Part shown: piece after piece, positions 36,752 to 48,181 of the stretch | Position numbering within the stretch: position 1 is the stretch's first letter | Layout: every line of letters begins with the position of its first letter | NCBI GenBank assembly: GCA_964651815.1 | Contig: CAZYWG010000007.1 | Location: forward strand, 5,129 to 69,128 | Direction: 5' to 3' | Origin: an uncultured Gammaproteobacteria bacterium | GTDB lineage: Bacteria; Patescibacteriota; Microgenomatia; Levybacterales; GWA1-39-11 | DNA: 64,000 bases | Notes under the pieces: model-generated | Seen by the model: only the letters and a program-made list of their open reading frames with translations | Databases searched by the model: none | Told to the model about the DNA's origin: nothing | Translations under genes and position numbers: made by a program

Positions 36752-38934
36752 TCTTCTATCATAATACTTTTCCCATCTTCAAACTTTTGGTAAAGTTCTT
36801 CGGTTATAAACGGCATGAATGGATGCAATAATTTCAAAGATTCTTTATAAACGTATTCTAGACAAGGCTGCGCCTCCGCTCTTCTTTCTTTGACGCTTTC
36901 AATATATTTATCAGCAAACTCATGCCAAATAAATTGATAGAGTTCTTGTGCCGCATCATGCAATCTGAATTGATCGATTGCCGACGATACATTATCTTGA
37001 ACCACTTTCACTCTTTCCATAATTTGTTTGTCGTCAACGTGTTTACTTATTGTATCTTTTGAGTCATCCGGTTTGAATTCTAAAATAAACCTTGTGATAT
37101 TCCAGAGTTTATTTGTAAAAAATTTCATTCCTCGGACTTTGTCCTCTCCAATTGATATATCATTTCCTCCCGATGTAGAAAAAATAAGAGCCATTCTTAA
37201 TGAATCGGTTCCGTATTTATCAATTAGTTCTAAAGGGTCAATAACGTTTCCTTTTGACTTACTCATTTTTTGTTTTTCCGCGTCCCTAACCAGTCCATGT
37301 AGTAAAACTTGATGGAAAGGGATTTGTCCTAATAAACTTGTTGTCATGAGAATCATTCTGGCAACCCAGAAAAATAAAATATCATACCCTGTTTCAAGAA
37401 CGCTTGTTGGATGGAATATTTTCAAGTCTTCTGTTTCACGGGGCCAACCAAGAGTTGAAAAAGTCCAGAGCCCAGATGAAAACCAAGTATCCAAAGTGTC
37501 GTTGTCCTGGACTAAGTCTTTAGAGTTACAGTTCGAGCATTTTTCAGGTACGAAAGTGTCCTCAACCGTCCAGTTCGAGCATTTTTCGCAGAACCAAGCC
37601 GGAATCCTATGTCCATACCAAATCTGGCGAGAAATACACCAGTCGCGAAGATTATCAATCCAATGATAGTAAGTTTTAATAAAACGGTCGGGAGCAATTT
37701 TTATTTGACCACTTTCAACAGTTTTTTTCATTAGTTTTTTAAGAGTCACCGTTTCACCATCTTTGACACCGTCAATTTCCGAATGTTCCAAAACAAAATC
37801 TCTGTTTACTCCAACCATCCATTGTTTTAGGATTTGCGGCTCAATTATTCCCCCACCCCTATAATTCGTTGCAATTCTGTGATTATAGTTTTCGTCAACT
37901 TTCACGAGAAGATTTTTTTCTTTAAGTTTCTCAACAATTAAAACTCTCGCTTTTTTAATATGTACTCCTTCAAATTCACCTGCTATCGGCAGGAGCTTTC
38001 CTTTAAAATCAATCACAGGTTCCATGTCTAATTTGTGGCGCTTTGCAATTTCATAATCAGTTTTATCGTGGTTTGGCGTAATTGTCATAACCCCAGACCC
38101 AAATTCCATATCAACAACATCATCTTTAATAATAGTTGCTGTGATCTTGCCTTTAATCCATTCTACTTCGATTTTTTCTCCATCCTTGTATTTTGAATAA
38201 CGTTTGTCAGAAGGATGCATAACAACGTATTTATCTCCAAATTTTGTTTCAGGACGTGCTGTCCCTATTACGAACGGCCCGTATTGAAAGTAGTAAAAAG
38301 GAGCTTTTTCTTCTTTCCATTCTATTTCGTCATCAGAAACAGTTGTCTGGAGTTTTGGATCCCAATTTACAATTGTTTCTCCCCTGTATATTAATCCCAA
38401 ATCATACATTTTTTTAAATGCCACACGGACTGCCAGATTGCGCTCTTCGTCAAGTGTGTATGCCTCCCGATCCCAATCAACAGAAGCACCCATTCTTTTA
38501 ATTTGATTAATAATTGTGTCGTGACTCTCTTTTGCAAATGCCTCAACTCGCTTGAGAAATTCCTCACGTCCCAAATCATGTCTTGTTTTTTCCTCTTCTT
38601 TATAAATCATGGCCTCTACTTTTGATTGTGTAGCAATTGCTGCATGATCTGTCCCCGGAAGCCAAAGAGTATTAAATCCTTGCATCCTGTGGTAACGGAT
38701 TAGAATGTCTTCAATAACAAGCATTAAAGCATGACCTATATGGAGAGTACCTGTAACATTTGGCGGCGGGAGAACGATTGAAAAAGTATCTTCTTCGTGT
38801 TTACCAAATCTCGCTTGTGGCTTAAAGTATCCAGCTTTTTCCCAACTCCCATAAATTTTCTTTTCGACCATTTTGTGGTCATATGCTTTATCCATTGGCT
38901 TCGTGATTTTAGCATACCATAAAACTAGGTTCAA
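36739..38934 (-). CDS. valS: valine--tRNA ligase (short form)
   Basis: PPPNVTGTLHIGHA (ValRS-type HIGH) and KMSKSKGN. 731 aa, so it lacks the long C-terminal coiled coil. Confidence 0.85.
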   Translation of the reverse strand: MNLVLWYAKITKPMDKAYDHKMVEKKIYGSWEKAGYFKPQARFGKHEEDTFSIVLPPPNVTGTLHIGHALMLVIEDILIRYHRMQGFNTLWLPGTDHAAIATQSKVEAMIYKEEEKTRHDLGREEFLKRVEAFAKESHDTIINQIKRMGASVDWDREAYTLDEERNLAVRVAFKKMYDLGLIYRGETIVNWDPKLQTTVSDDEIEWKEEKAPFYYFQYGPFVIGTARPETKFGDKYVVMHPSDKRYSKYKDGEKIEVEWIKGKITATIIKDDVVDMEFGSGVMTITPNHDKTDYEIAKRHKLDMEPVIDFKGKLLPIAGEFEGVHIKKARVLIVEKLKEKNLLVKVDENYNHRIATNYRGGGIIEPQILKQWMVGVNRDFVLEHSEIDGVKDGETVTLKKLMKKTVESGQIKIAPDRFIKTYYHWIDNLRDWCISRQIWYGHRIPAWFCEKCSNWTVEDTFVPEKCSNCNSKDLVQDNDTLDTWFSSGLWTFSTLGWPRETEDLKIFHPTSVLETGYDILFFWVARMILMTTSLLGQIPFHQVLLHGLVRDAEKQKMSKSKGNVIDPLELIDKYGTDSLRMALIFSTSGGNDISIGEDKVRGMKFFTNKLWNITRFILEFKPDDSKDTISKHVDDKQIMERVKVVQDNVSSAIDQFRLHDAAQELYQFIWHEFADKYIESVKERRAEAQPCLEYVYKESLKLLHPFMPFITEELYQKFEDGKSIMIEEWPR

Positions 38935-38992
38935 TTAAGATACCAGGTCTCAATAAGCAAAAGTAGTATAATTGGTATGGAGGCAAAGGGGC

Positions 38993-39625
38993 ATGGAATA
39001 TCTAAAAAAGAAACTTTCTTCTACCTTGAGAGAGGGATCTATATTTATTTTGCCTTCAGATCATGTAAAAAATGAAGGTCATCAAAAAGACAAGCAACCC
39101 ACCTCTAAAGATATAGTAATAAAGCTTTATCCAAAAGAAAGAGTAGTGGAGATTCAGAGACAACATATAATTTCACTTTTTCTCCCAGTTGCAGCCGTAA
39201 TAATCCTTATATTAGTTACAATTTTAAGTCTTTTTCTTTTGGAACTTCAAAAATTTATAAGCGTTCCAAATATTATTAAAATTGAGGTTGCTTTAATTGC
39301 TATAAACTTTTGCTTGGTATTTACATTTTTCTCGTTTATGTATTGGTTTTATCAGTTTTACATAATTACTAATCGAGCAATTATCCATAGATTCTTTTTC
39401 AGGTTCGGAGGTTCCCATTCCGAGGAAGTATTTCTTGAAGCAAGCCCGGAACGTGAGATACTTCTAGAATCTGAGAGTCCTATTTTCAGCCTGCTTGGAA
39501 TAGAAGACGTTAAAGTTTTTTTCCAACGCCCCGGCCTTGGAGAGTTTGTTTTTAAAATACCTGAGAATCCTGAGGGAATAGAAAATGCACTTGAAGAAAT
39601 ATCCCTTGGACGTCTTAAAAAATGA
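38993..39625 (+). CDS. hypothetical membrane protein (bPH/DUF304-like topology)
   Basis: Two TM helices followed by a soluble domain. Start set to the internal Met (MEYLKK). Confidence 0.4.
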   Translation: MEYLKKKLSSTLREGSIFILPSDHVKNEGHQKDKQPTSKDIVIKLYPKERVVEIQRQHIISLFLPVAAVIILILVTILSLFLLELQKFISVPNIIKIEVALIAINFCLVFTFFSFMYWFYQFYIITNRAIIHRFFFRFGGSHSEEVFLEASPEREILLESESPIFSLLGIEDVKVFFQRPGLGEFVFKIPENPEGIENALEEISLGRLKK

Positions 39626-39834
39626 TATTTTCAATAATACAATTTTTTCTTCTAGTTATTTTGATTTTTATTGCAATGTGGTATTCAACCGTTCTTGTAG
39701 CGTTAAGGCAAGCTGAGAAAGCATCCATGATTCCATTACCAAAATTTTGGAGGGTTGCTACTCCTATCTTTTCGCTAATCACTTTCGCCTCAATTGCTTT
39801 TTTTCTGATACAAATATTTCTTTCATTTTTTTAA
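39622..39834 (+). CDS. hypothetical small membrane protein
   Basis: 70 aa, 2 TM; overlaps the upstream stop by 4 nt. Confidence 0.3.
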   Translation: MIFSIIQFFLLVILIFIAMWYSTVLVALRQAEKASMIPLPKFWRVATPIFSLITFASIAFFLIQIFLSFF

Positions 39835-39921
39835 AAAACCTTAATCGATCGCAGTCAAAATATAGAGCTTTTCAATAGGTTAAAATTTGCGTTCAAGTAG
39901 TCTTAAGCATATAATACATTT

Positions 39922-41580
39922 ATGGACCCGGTAAAAACTGATGGTTCGGAAGCAAAGCTTGACGACAAGGCAAGCGCGATACAAACCAAACTTGCTCCGG
40001 ATACAAATACTTACGAGCAGTACACCATAAATAAACCCTCCAATTTTCTAATCAAGGCTTTTGAGGACGGTAATAAAATTCATACCGACAGGGGGACTTT
40101 CACAAGAGGGATCGCCTCAGAACTTGCGGCATGGTACGAAAAACTCAGGACCGCTATAGAGAATCGTGACGAAGAAGTAATTCTCAGAGCGGCTATCGAA
40201 CGCATACTTAGACGCCGTCTTCTTTTGGGTGGAACAGGCACAAGCGTTGCCAAACCATTAATTCGCGAGCTTATATGGGCACGGTATTTCCCAGATGAAT
40301 CAATAGGAGATGACAAGATTGATGAGATTGAAAAATTAATTGATCTGTATCTCAACTTGCGCCGTAATGTCCCTACATATAATAAAGTCAGTGAATCAGA
40401 ATTAAATGATTGGATTTATCAACTAATGGCTTCACAAATTGAAAGTGCGCTGAGTCCAGGCTCAAGGACAGAAGCGATGATCTCCTACATATTCCACAAT
40501 ATTCAAGAGATGGTTACAATTAAGGATGACACCAAAGAGACTCGTGACGTCCAGGTTTTTATTGCAATAAGAAAAGCTTACGCAAAAGAGGATCTACCTT
40601 TTCTTCGTTATAATCTATTTATCCAATATTTTGGCCTTTTAACTGACAAGAATCTAAGAGATGTTATCAGGCGTTTTGGGCAAGGGAAGAAAATAATTGA
40701 TTTACAACTGGATTATTCGGGTAGGTTTAAGATATTCGAGTTTGTAAAAAGACAAATTCCTCCATTTCTAATTCTTGAAGATATCATGACAAACTATGAA
40801 GACACTTTCAGGGATTTTATTAAAGATGATGAGGAGTTTACAAATGTTATTGTACAGACGTGTGACGCGCGCTATGCCAATATTTCCGGTAAAGTGAGGC
40901 GCGCGATTATTCGCTCCATTATTTTTATCTTACTTTCAAAAGTGTTCATTGCTTTAACTGTAGAAGGTACATATGACAGAATAGTTTACGGGCACATAAT
41001 ATGGGAGGTTATAGCAATAAACATTGCAATTCCAGTATCAATGATGATTATTATGTCATTCTTCCTCCGCGCACCTGGAATGGATAATACAGATAGAATT
41101 GTTGCAAGAATTAAATCTCTCTTGTTTGACGAACAACCACAACTCGGCAAGGCATTATCCTTCAATCATAAACCGCGTGCAAAAACACTTATGGATACCA
41201 TCTTTACGCTTGTTTGGTTCACCACTTACTTTATAAGCTTTGGAATAATTGTCACTATATTAACTCAATTACACTTCAATTATGTAAGCCAAGCTTTCTT
41301 CCTTTTCTTCTTTGCAATTGTTTGTTTCCTTTCATACAGAATTAACCAAGCAGCGAGTCTCTATACTGTCAAAGACAAACCAAGAATTTATACACCATTT
41401 GTTGATTTTTTCTTTATGCCAATAGTCCGAGTTGGGCGGTATCTTGCTGAGGGTGTCCGCTCAATTAACATTTTCATATTCTTACTTGATATGTTAATTG
41501 AAATGCCCCTTAAAGGACTCGTTGCTTTTTTTGAGCAATGGTTTTTCTTCCTTCATTCAAAACGCGAGGACCTGTCCTAG
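39922..41580 (+). CDS. hypothetical polytopic membrane protein
   Basis: 552 aa: soluble N-terminal ~320 aa, then about 5 TM helices. Confidence 0.45.
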   Translation: MDPVKTDGSEAKLDDKASAIQTKLAPDTNTYEQYTINKPSNFLIKAFEDGNKIHTDRGTFTRGIASELAAWYEKLRTAIENRDEEVILRAAIERILRRRLLLGGTGTSVAKPLIRELIWARYFPDESIGDDKIDEIEKLIDLYLNLRRNVPTYNKVSESELNDWIYQLMASQIESALSPGSRTEAMISYIFHNIQEMVTIKDDTKETRDVQVFIAIRKAYAKEDLPFLRYNLFIQYFGLLTDKNLRDVIRRFGQGKKIIDLQLDYSGRFKIFEFVKRQIPPFLILEDIMTNYEDTFRDFIKDDEEFTNVIVQTCDARYANISGKVRRAIIRSIIFILLSKVFIALTVEGTYDRIVYGHIIWEVIAINIAIPVSMMIIMSFFLRAPGMDNTDRIVARIKSLLFDEQPQLGKALSFNHKPRAKTLMDTIFTLVWFTTYFISFGIIVTILTQLHFNYVSQAFFLFFFAIVCFLSYRINQAASLYTVKDKPRIYTPFVDFFFMPIVRVGRYLAEGVRSINIFIFLLDMLIEMPLKGLVAFFEQWFFFLHSKREDLS

Positions 41581-41711
41581 GACTCGAAAAATTTCTTTTG
41601 ATTTTTAAAATGTTTGTCAAAATAGTTTTTTGCGTTTTTAATTAGTGTTGATATAATGATTTATTCCGATTGCACAGTATTTAGAATATATATTGCTGAA
41701 AAATAATAGAA

Positions 41712-42137
41712 ATGAATCCTAAACCAGACCTTAAAATTTTTACAGACGGAGGCTCACGAGGAAACCCCGGACCGGCAGCTTACGGTTTCGTAATTTATGA
41801 TTCCAAGAATGAACTTTTGTTTGAAGAAGGACGCATTATTGGCACTAATACAAATAATGTTGCTGAATATTCCGGTGTAGTAGGGGCTTTAAAATGGGTC
41901 GAAGAAAATTCCGATATTGAAAAACCAACCATCCAATTTTATCTTGACTCTATGCTCGCGACAATGCAACTCTCTAATAAGTGGAAAATAAAAAATGAGA
42001 ATTTAAGAAATCTATTTTTTACTATTAAACTACTAGAACGTTCTATTGGTGGAAAAATTTCTTATTCTCATGTGAGACGCGAAAATAATAAAGAGGCGGA
42101 CAGACTGGTAAATTTAGCTCTCGATGGTTTAATTTAG
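41712..42137 (+). CDS. rnhA: ribonuclease HI
   Basis: IFTDGGSRGNPGPAAYGFVI (RNase H DxG motif and fold), 141 aa. Confidence 0.8.
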   Translation: MNPKPDLKIFTDGGSRGNPGPAAYGFVIYDSKNELLFEEGRIIGTNTNNVAEYSGVVGALKWVEENSDIEKPTIQFYLDSMLATMQLSNKWKIKNENLRNLFFTIKLLERSIGGKISYSHVRRENNKEADRLVNLALDGLI

Positions 42138-42182
42138 TTCAAACTCCTGGACAATCCGAGGCGTTTTATCTAAACTTAAACC

Positions 42183-44837
42183 ATGCCCATAACTCTTGAA
42201 ACTCAGGACCGCGAAAAACCAATTTTACTGATAGTTGGGGAGGCAAATCCCCTCGTCATAAAAATTATCGAGGAGTATTCTCGCGACTTCACAATAGCAC
42301 ATGTTGCAAATAATTCCTCTAATCCCGAAAATTCTGACATTTATCATATCAAACCTAGTTCAGCGTCACTTATTAAAAACCTTGAGGAGAAAGTTGAATA
42401 CGCAGTAATATTTCTTGAAAACGAAAACAAAAATTTTCTTATTCCAATATTCGAAAAGCTAGTATCTGATAAAACAAAAGCGGCAGTAATTGTTGAAATT
42501 GAAAAAGAAGAAAAGTTTTATGACGTAATTGCCGCCTGCCGAAAAGTTTCAACTTTTAATATTTTACTACTTGGAGATGTATATTCAGAGGAGTCTGAAT
42601 TCAACCCAAAATCCGAAAGTGCAAAAATTATTAATGAAGCGGTCTCTAACCATTCAATTAATTTGAGTGGAAATGACTTGAAACCACTTTTTCCAATTTA
42701 TTGGAAAGACGCTATAACCGGAATAAGTCAAGTGATTTTTGGCAAACACCAAAAATCACAATTCTTCTTTCTGTTTTACAATCACCCGCAATCACAAATT
42801 TCTGCAATCCACGAGCTTGAACACGTACTAAATGACCTTGAAGTTAATTATGAAGAAAACGTGGATGAAAAATTTGACAAGAGCCGTGATAGTCTCGAGG
42901 GAGGTATTCAAGAGAATCTTGGCATTTCGCCAATATACTTAGATACTTATCTTGAAGGTTTTGAAAGTAGTATAAAACATTTTGTAGATAGGGGCCCTTT
43001 AAAAGTAGGTACCACTTCAAAAATTACAAACGGCCCAAAAAAAACTCTACTCAAGCAAAAACAAAAAATTACATCAGTTTTTAAACTTTTTTTTTGGGGT
43101 GTCGTAATTTTCATTTTACTCAATTTTATTTTAAGCGCGGCTTCTATATTTCTTCTTAAAAACTCCATATCTGATTTTAATGCCAATAATTATGGCGGCC
43201 TGAAATCAAACATACTAGCTGCGCGTGCTTTTTCAAATTTTACAAATCCATTTGCAACGGCTATTGTAAAACTTGTTGGGTTTTTAGGTTTTGTGGGACT
43301 TGAAAAAAACTATAATCTTGCTTATGAAGGAATCAACCTCTTAACAATAGCTTCATCTGATTTTGACGGAGTCAACCAAATCAATCAGGGAATCTCAAGG
43401 AACATGCTAGATAAAAAAGTTGCGGATGCTTTTTTTCTCTATTTCTCAGGTCAAAAATTAAAAGGCGAGGCGAATTCTGCCACACTAAATGCTTTGCTAA
43501 CTCCGGATCTTTCTGAAATACTTGCAATCTCACAGGTTTCTCCTGAGATTTTGGGATTTGACCGTGAAAAAAAATACCTACTTCTTTTCCAAAATAATGG
43601 TGAGTTAAGGCCCGATGGAGGTTTTATTGGATCTGTCGGAGAACTCGATATAAAAAATGGGAAAATAGAAAACCTAAATCTTCAAGACGTTTATGCCTAT
43701 GACGGACAACTTAAGGCTCATGTTGAACCATATTTTATAATAAGGCGATACATCCAACCTCACTTATATCTTCGTGACAGTAATTTTAATCTTGATTTTC
43801 AGGAATCGGCAAGCCACGCAGCTCAACTATACAGTCTTGAAACAGGAAAAAGAGTAGACGGTGTGATAGCCATAAATTTTGAGGCAGTCCGACAAATCAT
43901 AGGTATCCTTGGACCTATAAAACTTTCGGCCTACAATCAAACACTTGATTCAAATAACACATTTAATTTTCTCGAGAAAACAATTGACAACAATTTTTTC
44001 CCTGGCTCAACACAAAAGAAAGATGTTTTACAATCCCTTTTCAATGAACTTATGTCGAAGATCTCCAATAAAGACGGTTTGATAAAAGTTGCACGTCTAA
44101 TACCAATTTTGGCTCATGAAAAACAAATCCTCTTTGCATTTAATGAAAACTCAGTTCAAAGTATTTTTTCTGCACAAAATTTAGGGGGAGAATATAATGA
44201 TTATTCTACAATAACCCAAAACACTTTAAACGATTTTCTGGGTGTGAACGAAGCAAATATTGGAGTCAACAAGGCAAATATTGGAGTTACGAGATCAACC
44301 ATTTATAACATTGACGTTTCTTCTTCTAATATAAAATCGAGAATTGAACATGCGCTTGTTAACAGATCCGATGATAATTACAAAGCGTTTGTCAGATTCG
44401 TAACGCCTCTCGGAAGTAAGCTTGAAGGCGTTAAAATAAATGGAGTCAATCAAGTAACGACGCCTGCTATTACAGACTACAGAATTTATGAGAAGAAAAA
44501 TTTTAAACCACCCACAGCGCTTGAAGTGAATCAAAGTATAGAAACGAAGCACCAAGTTTTTGGATTTATTGTAAATGTCGCTTCACATACAACAGGGACA
44601 ATTGAGGTTGACTATACAAACGGAATTGATAAACCTGATAGTCCTGTACTTAATTATTCCCTACTTTTAATAAAACAGCCGGGAACGGAAAATTATCCTT
44701 TTGTATTAAATCTCAATTACGGAAATACATACACACCTCAAGAGGTGAAAGATGCCACGCTTGGAAACGGTAGTATACAAATTAATAAAACAATAGATGA
44801 AGATAAAACCTTTGATTTAAAACTTCTAAAAAGATAG
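42183..44837 (+). CDS. large hypothetical membrane-anchored protein (DUF4012-like)
   Basis: 884 aa, one TM helix near residue 300, large extracytoplasmic C-terminal region with GGFIGSVGELDIKNG. Confidence 0.45.
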   Translation: MPITLETQDREKPILLIVGEANPLVIKIIEEYSRDFTIAHVANNSSNPENSDIYHIKPSSASLIKNLEEKVEYAVIFLENENKNFLIPIFEKLVSDKTKAAVIVEIEKEEKFYDVIAACRKVSTFNILLLGDVYSEESEFNPKSESAKIINEAVSNHSINLSGNDLKPLFPIYWKDAITGISQVIFGKHQKSQFFFLFYNHPQSQISAIHELEHVLNDLEVNYEENVDEKFDKSRDSLEGGIQENLGISPIYLDTYLEGFESSIKHFVDRGPLKVGTTSKITNGPKKTLLKQKQKITSVFKLFFWGVVIFILLNFILSAASIFLLKNSISDFNANNYGGLKSNILAARAFSNFTNPFATAIVKLVGFLGFVGLEKNYNLAYEGINLLTIASSDFDGVNQINQGISRNMLDKKVADAFFLYFSGQKLKGEANSATLNALLTPDLSEILAISQVSPEILGFDREKKYLLLFQNNGELRPDGGFIGSVGELDIKNGKIENLNLQDVYAYDGQLKAHVEPYFIIRRYIQPHLYLRDSNFNLDFQESASHAAQLYSLETGKRVDGVIAINFEAVRQIIGILGPIKLSAYNQTLDSNNTFNFLEKTIDNNFFPGSTQKKDVLQSLFNELMSKISNKDGLIKVARLIPILAHEKQILFAFNENSVQSIFSAQNLGGEYNDYSTITQNTLNDFLGVNEANIGVNKANIGVTRSTIYNIDVSSSNIKSRIEHALVNRSDDNYKAFVRFVTPLGSKLEGVKINGVNQVTTPAITDYRIYEKKNFKPPTALEVNQSIETKHQVFGFIVNVASHTTGTIEVDYTNGIDKPDSPVLNYSLLLIKQPGTENYPFVLNLNYGNTYTPQEVKDATLGNGSIQINKTIDEDKTFDLKLLKR

Positions 44838-44858
44838 CCACTCAAAATTCAACTCTTA

Positions 44859-45869
44859 TTAGTCAGTAAATTCTTGTACAAAGATTTCGCCATAAACCCC
44901 AGCGTCTAATGCAGCAATTCCTATTTTGACGAAATTTTTTGATAAAATATTTGCCCTATGTCCCGGACTCTTCATCAAACCTTCCATGGCAATATCAACG
45001 TCTGATGCAAATGCCAAATTCTCGCCGGCATATTGATAAGTGATATTTGCTCGGGCCATTCTGTCAAATGGCGATAACCCTTCTGGTGTATAGTGGGAAA
45101 AATATCCGCGTGCTAGCATATCTTTTGCATGAATGCGAGCAACTTGCGTTAGCCTTTCGTCGATGGAAAGTTCAGTTGCACCCACCTTTCGACGTTCCAG
45201 ATTCACAAGAGCAACCATTTGTGATTCCGCTTCCAAATCAACTTTGTATGAGCCGGTTTTAAAATGCAAAGCAATAGCTTCATTTGACTCTGGCTCAACA
45301 GTCAAAAAATTAATTGTCTCCTCAATTGCCCCACCAAAAATTTGCCTAACATCGCGGTCAAATCTTTGCACTTGTGAGGATAAAAATTTCCCTGAAACCG
45401 AATCATTAATTGAAGTTTTAACAGATTTTGATATTGGCAGAGCTAGAAGCAGAGCCACAATAAATGAAGCAATAAAGAAAAAAGATAAACTTCCAAAAAT
45501 AATACCACCTATAATATCTACCGCTTTTGGAATAGAAAACCTGAAATATTTTTTTCTTATCAAAGAAAGAACATAAGAAATTATCACAAAAGAAATAGCA
45601 GTTACTATAAAAAAGGAAATTGAATCAGAGATTCCTTTAGTTAAAGAGAATTGCTTAACAACTATCTTTGACAAAGGGAGATAAAAAGTGAGCCCTACAA
45701 AAAAAGATGAAATAATAGAAAAAAAACCAATTCCTGCAGCCACAAGACCAAAAGATGCGTCTTCAAAAACATAAATCAGAAATAAAACAATCAAAACTAA
45801 GTCAAAAATGTTAAAGGGGATAAGACTTGCAATTTTCCTTAAAAAATCCAAATACCCAGCTAAATTCAT
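44859..45869 (-). CDS. CvpA-family membrane domain fused to a CAP/SCP (YkwD-like) domain
   Basis: N-terminal 4 TM helices; C-terminal CAP-like motifs GYFSHYTPEG, GENLA, HRANIL. Confidence 0.6.
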   Translation of the reverse strand: MNLAGYLDFLRKIASLIPFNIFDLVLIVLFLIYVFEDASFGLVAAGIGFFSIISSFFVGLTFYLPLSKIVVKQFSLTKGISDSISFFIVTAISFVIISYVLSLIRKKYFRFSIPKAVDIIGGIIFGSLSFFFIASFIVALLLALPISKSVKTSINDSVSGKFLSSQVQRFDRDVRQIFGGAIEETINFLTVEPESNEAIALHFKTGSYKVDLEAESQMVALVNLERRKVGATELSIDERLTQVARIHAKDMLARGYFSHYTPEGLSPFDRMARANITYQYAGENLAFASDVDIAMEGLMKSPGHRANILSKNFVKIGIAALDAGVYGEIFVQEFTD

Positions 45870-45955
45870 TTTTTAATTATACCATCACTTTTTGTAGATT
45901 CGATTATTTGAACTGTAAAATGCACGATGTTATAATAAACTCCGTCAACAAATAA

Positions 45956-48166
45956 ATGCCTAATTTCAACACTTTCTATATGAAACCTCCAAAAAACCTC
46001 CAAAAAAAGCTAAAAAAAGTAAAAATTTGGAAATTCGGACTTAAATCCATTGGCATATTCATAGTTTTAGTTATTATTACAGTTGCCGCTTATTTTTTTG
46101 TTTTAAAAGATATTCCATCCACTGCAACAATTGGGACTTCAAACTACCCACAATCAACAAATATTTATGACCGGAATGGCAAACTTTTATATTCCCTTTT
46201 TACATCAAGAAATCAAACATTTGTGCCGTTTAATCAGATTCCAACTAATCTTAAGAACGCAACGGTTGCAATAGAGGACAGGGATTTTTTTAAACATGGC
46301 GCTATTGACGTTAGAGGCATGCTGAGAGCTGCTGTTTCAATTGTATTTAAAAAACAAGTTCAAGGAGGATCAACAATTACCCAACAACTTGTAAAAGCAA
46401 CGCTTTTAACGCCAGAGCAAACAATTACTCGAAAAATTAAAGAGATAATTCTTTCGTTTTTAGTTGAATCAATTTATTCAAAAGACAAAATACTTGAAAT
46501 GTATCTAAACCAAGTTTCATACGGAGGGACTGCCTGGGGAGTTCAAGCAGCAAGCTACGTTTACTTTGACAAGCCAGTTCAGAAACTTGACCTATCAGAA
46601 ACTGCGTTCCTCGCAGGTCTTCCGCAGGCACCAAGCATTTATTCGCCTTTTGGGTCGCATCCGGAAGCCGGGCGCGCGCGACAAGTTGATGTTTTGAAAA
46701 GTATGCTCGAGCAAAAATATATCACTTCTTCCCAAGAAAAAGCAGCAGAAAAAGAAGATTTAAAATTTTCCAAAATTCAAAACAAAATTTTAGCTCCTCA
46801 CTTTGTTTTTTATATAAAAGATTTACTAGTTCAAAAATATGGAGAGAGACTTGTAGAGCAAGGAGGCCTCAGTGTTATAACTACTCTTGACCTAGACTTA
46901 CAAAATTATGCAGAAGCTTCTGTCTCAGGAGAGCTTGATAAACTTGACAATCCAACAGTTACAAACGGCGCAGCACTTATTACAGATCCTTCAACCGGTG
47001 AGATTTTGGCAATGGTTGGGTCACGCGATTATTTTGATGCTGCACATGACGGTAATGTAAATGTCACAATCTCAAAAAGACAACCTGGATCATCAATTAA
47101 GCCAATTAATTACGCAGTGGGTCTTGCTAAAGGTTACACTGCTTCAACTCCCTTTATTGACCAACCCATTTGTTTCCCTGCCGCTGGACAACCAAATTAT
47201 TGTCCAGTTAACTATGATGGAAAATTCCATGGAGTAGTGCAAATGAGATATGCACTTGCAAACTCTTTTAATATTCCGGCTGTTAAGATGCTTAAATTAA
47301 ATACTGTGACTGATATGATAGCTTCCGCTTCGGCAATGGGTATAACAACATTTAATTCACCGGACAGGTACGGATTATCCCTAACTTTAGGCGGGGGAGA
47401 AGTGTACATGACAGATATGGCAGAGGCTTTTGGAGTTTTTGCAAATAGTGGATACAAAATCTCTCTTCAACCAATTCTAAAGGTCACGGACAATAAAGGC
47501 ACTGTGCTAGAGGAGTATAAACCGCCAACAAGCCCTATATTTGGCAAAGAAGTTATGGATTCTGGAATTGCTTTCATTATTTCTAACATACTTTCAGATA
47601 ATGCTGCGCGCGCAACGGAGTTTGGAACAAATTCTCCACTCAAAATTGGAAACTATACTGTATCCGTTAAAACCGGGACAACCAATGATTTTCGCGACAA
47701 CTGGACAATAGGGTATACCCCAGCATATGTAGTTGCCGCTTGGGTAGGGAATAATAACAACAAACAAATGACGGGAATCGTATCGGGTATCACGGGAGCT
47801 GCCCCAATTTGGCATGACATAATGGCACATTTGGTTACATTAAATCCACCTAAAGGATTAATAAAACCTGATGACGTTATAGGTACATACGTTTGTACTG
47901 ATACAGGACAGGTAGCTGCAGCAAAAGATGGTGGTTGTCCCACAAGATTTGAATATCTACTTCGTAATTCTCAAAACAGTCACGGAAAAATAGAAAAGGA
48001 AAATGTATTAATAGATAAAGGGACGCAAGGTCTTGCTAAACCAGACCAAACAGATAACGTTGAGACCCAGGAAAAAACTATTGTTCTTGACGCAACAGGG
48101 GACAAATACTGTGTTGATTGTCCACACCCAGAGCTTCTCACTCCAACCCCGACACCACATCCATAA
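45956..48166 (+). CDS. mrcA: penicillin-binding protein 1A (class A, bifunctional)
   Basis: Transglycosylase motifs EDRDFFKHGAID and GGSTITQQLVK; transpeptidase SGSSIKP. Confidence 0.88.
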   Translation: MPNFNTFYMKPPKNLQKKLKKVKIWKFGLKSIGIFIVLVIITVAAYFFVLKDIPSTATIGTSNYPQSTNIYDRNGKLLYSLFTSRNQTFVPFNQIPTNLKNATVAIEDRDFFKHGAIDVRGMLRAAVSIVFKKQVQGGSTITQQLVKATLLTPEQTITRKIKEIILSFLVESIYSKDKILEMYLNQVSYGGTAWGVQAASYVYFDKPVQKLDLSETAFLAGLPQAPSIYSPFGSHPEAGRARQVDVLKSMLEQKYITSSQEKAAEKEDLKFSKIQNKILAPHFVFYIKDLLVQKYGERLVEQGGLSVITTLDLDLQNYAEASVSGELDKLDNPTVTNGAALITDPSTGEILAMVGSRDYFDAAHDGNVNVTISKRQPGSSIKPINYAVGLAKGYTASTPFIDQPICFPAAGQPNYCPVNYDGKFHGVVQMRYALANSFNIPAVKMLKLNTVTDMIASASAMGITTFNSPDRYGLSLTLGGGEVYMTDMAEAFGVFANSGYKISLQPILKVTDNKGTVLEEYKPPTSPIFGKEVMDSGIAFIISNILSDNAARATEFGTNSPLKIGNYTVSVKTGTTNDFRDNWTIGYTPAYVVAAWVGNNNNKQMTGIVSGITGAAPIWHDIMAHLVTLNPPKGLIKPDDVIGTYVCTDTGQVAAAKDGGCPTRFEYLLRNSQNSHGKIEKENVLIDKGTQGLAKPDQTDNVETQEKTIVLDATGDKYCVDCPHPELLTPTPTPHP

Positions 48167-48181
48167 ATGCTATAATTTAGA

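Noticed and set aside
44250-44300. Short tandem duplication (GCAAATATTGGAGT x2) inside the DUF4012-like gene
   Set aside because: It is in frame and coding (EANIGVNKANIGV), so it is a minor intragenic amino-acid repeat and not a regulatory or mobile feature.
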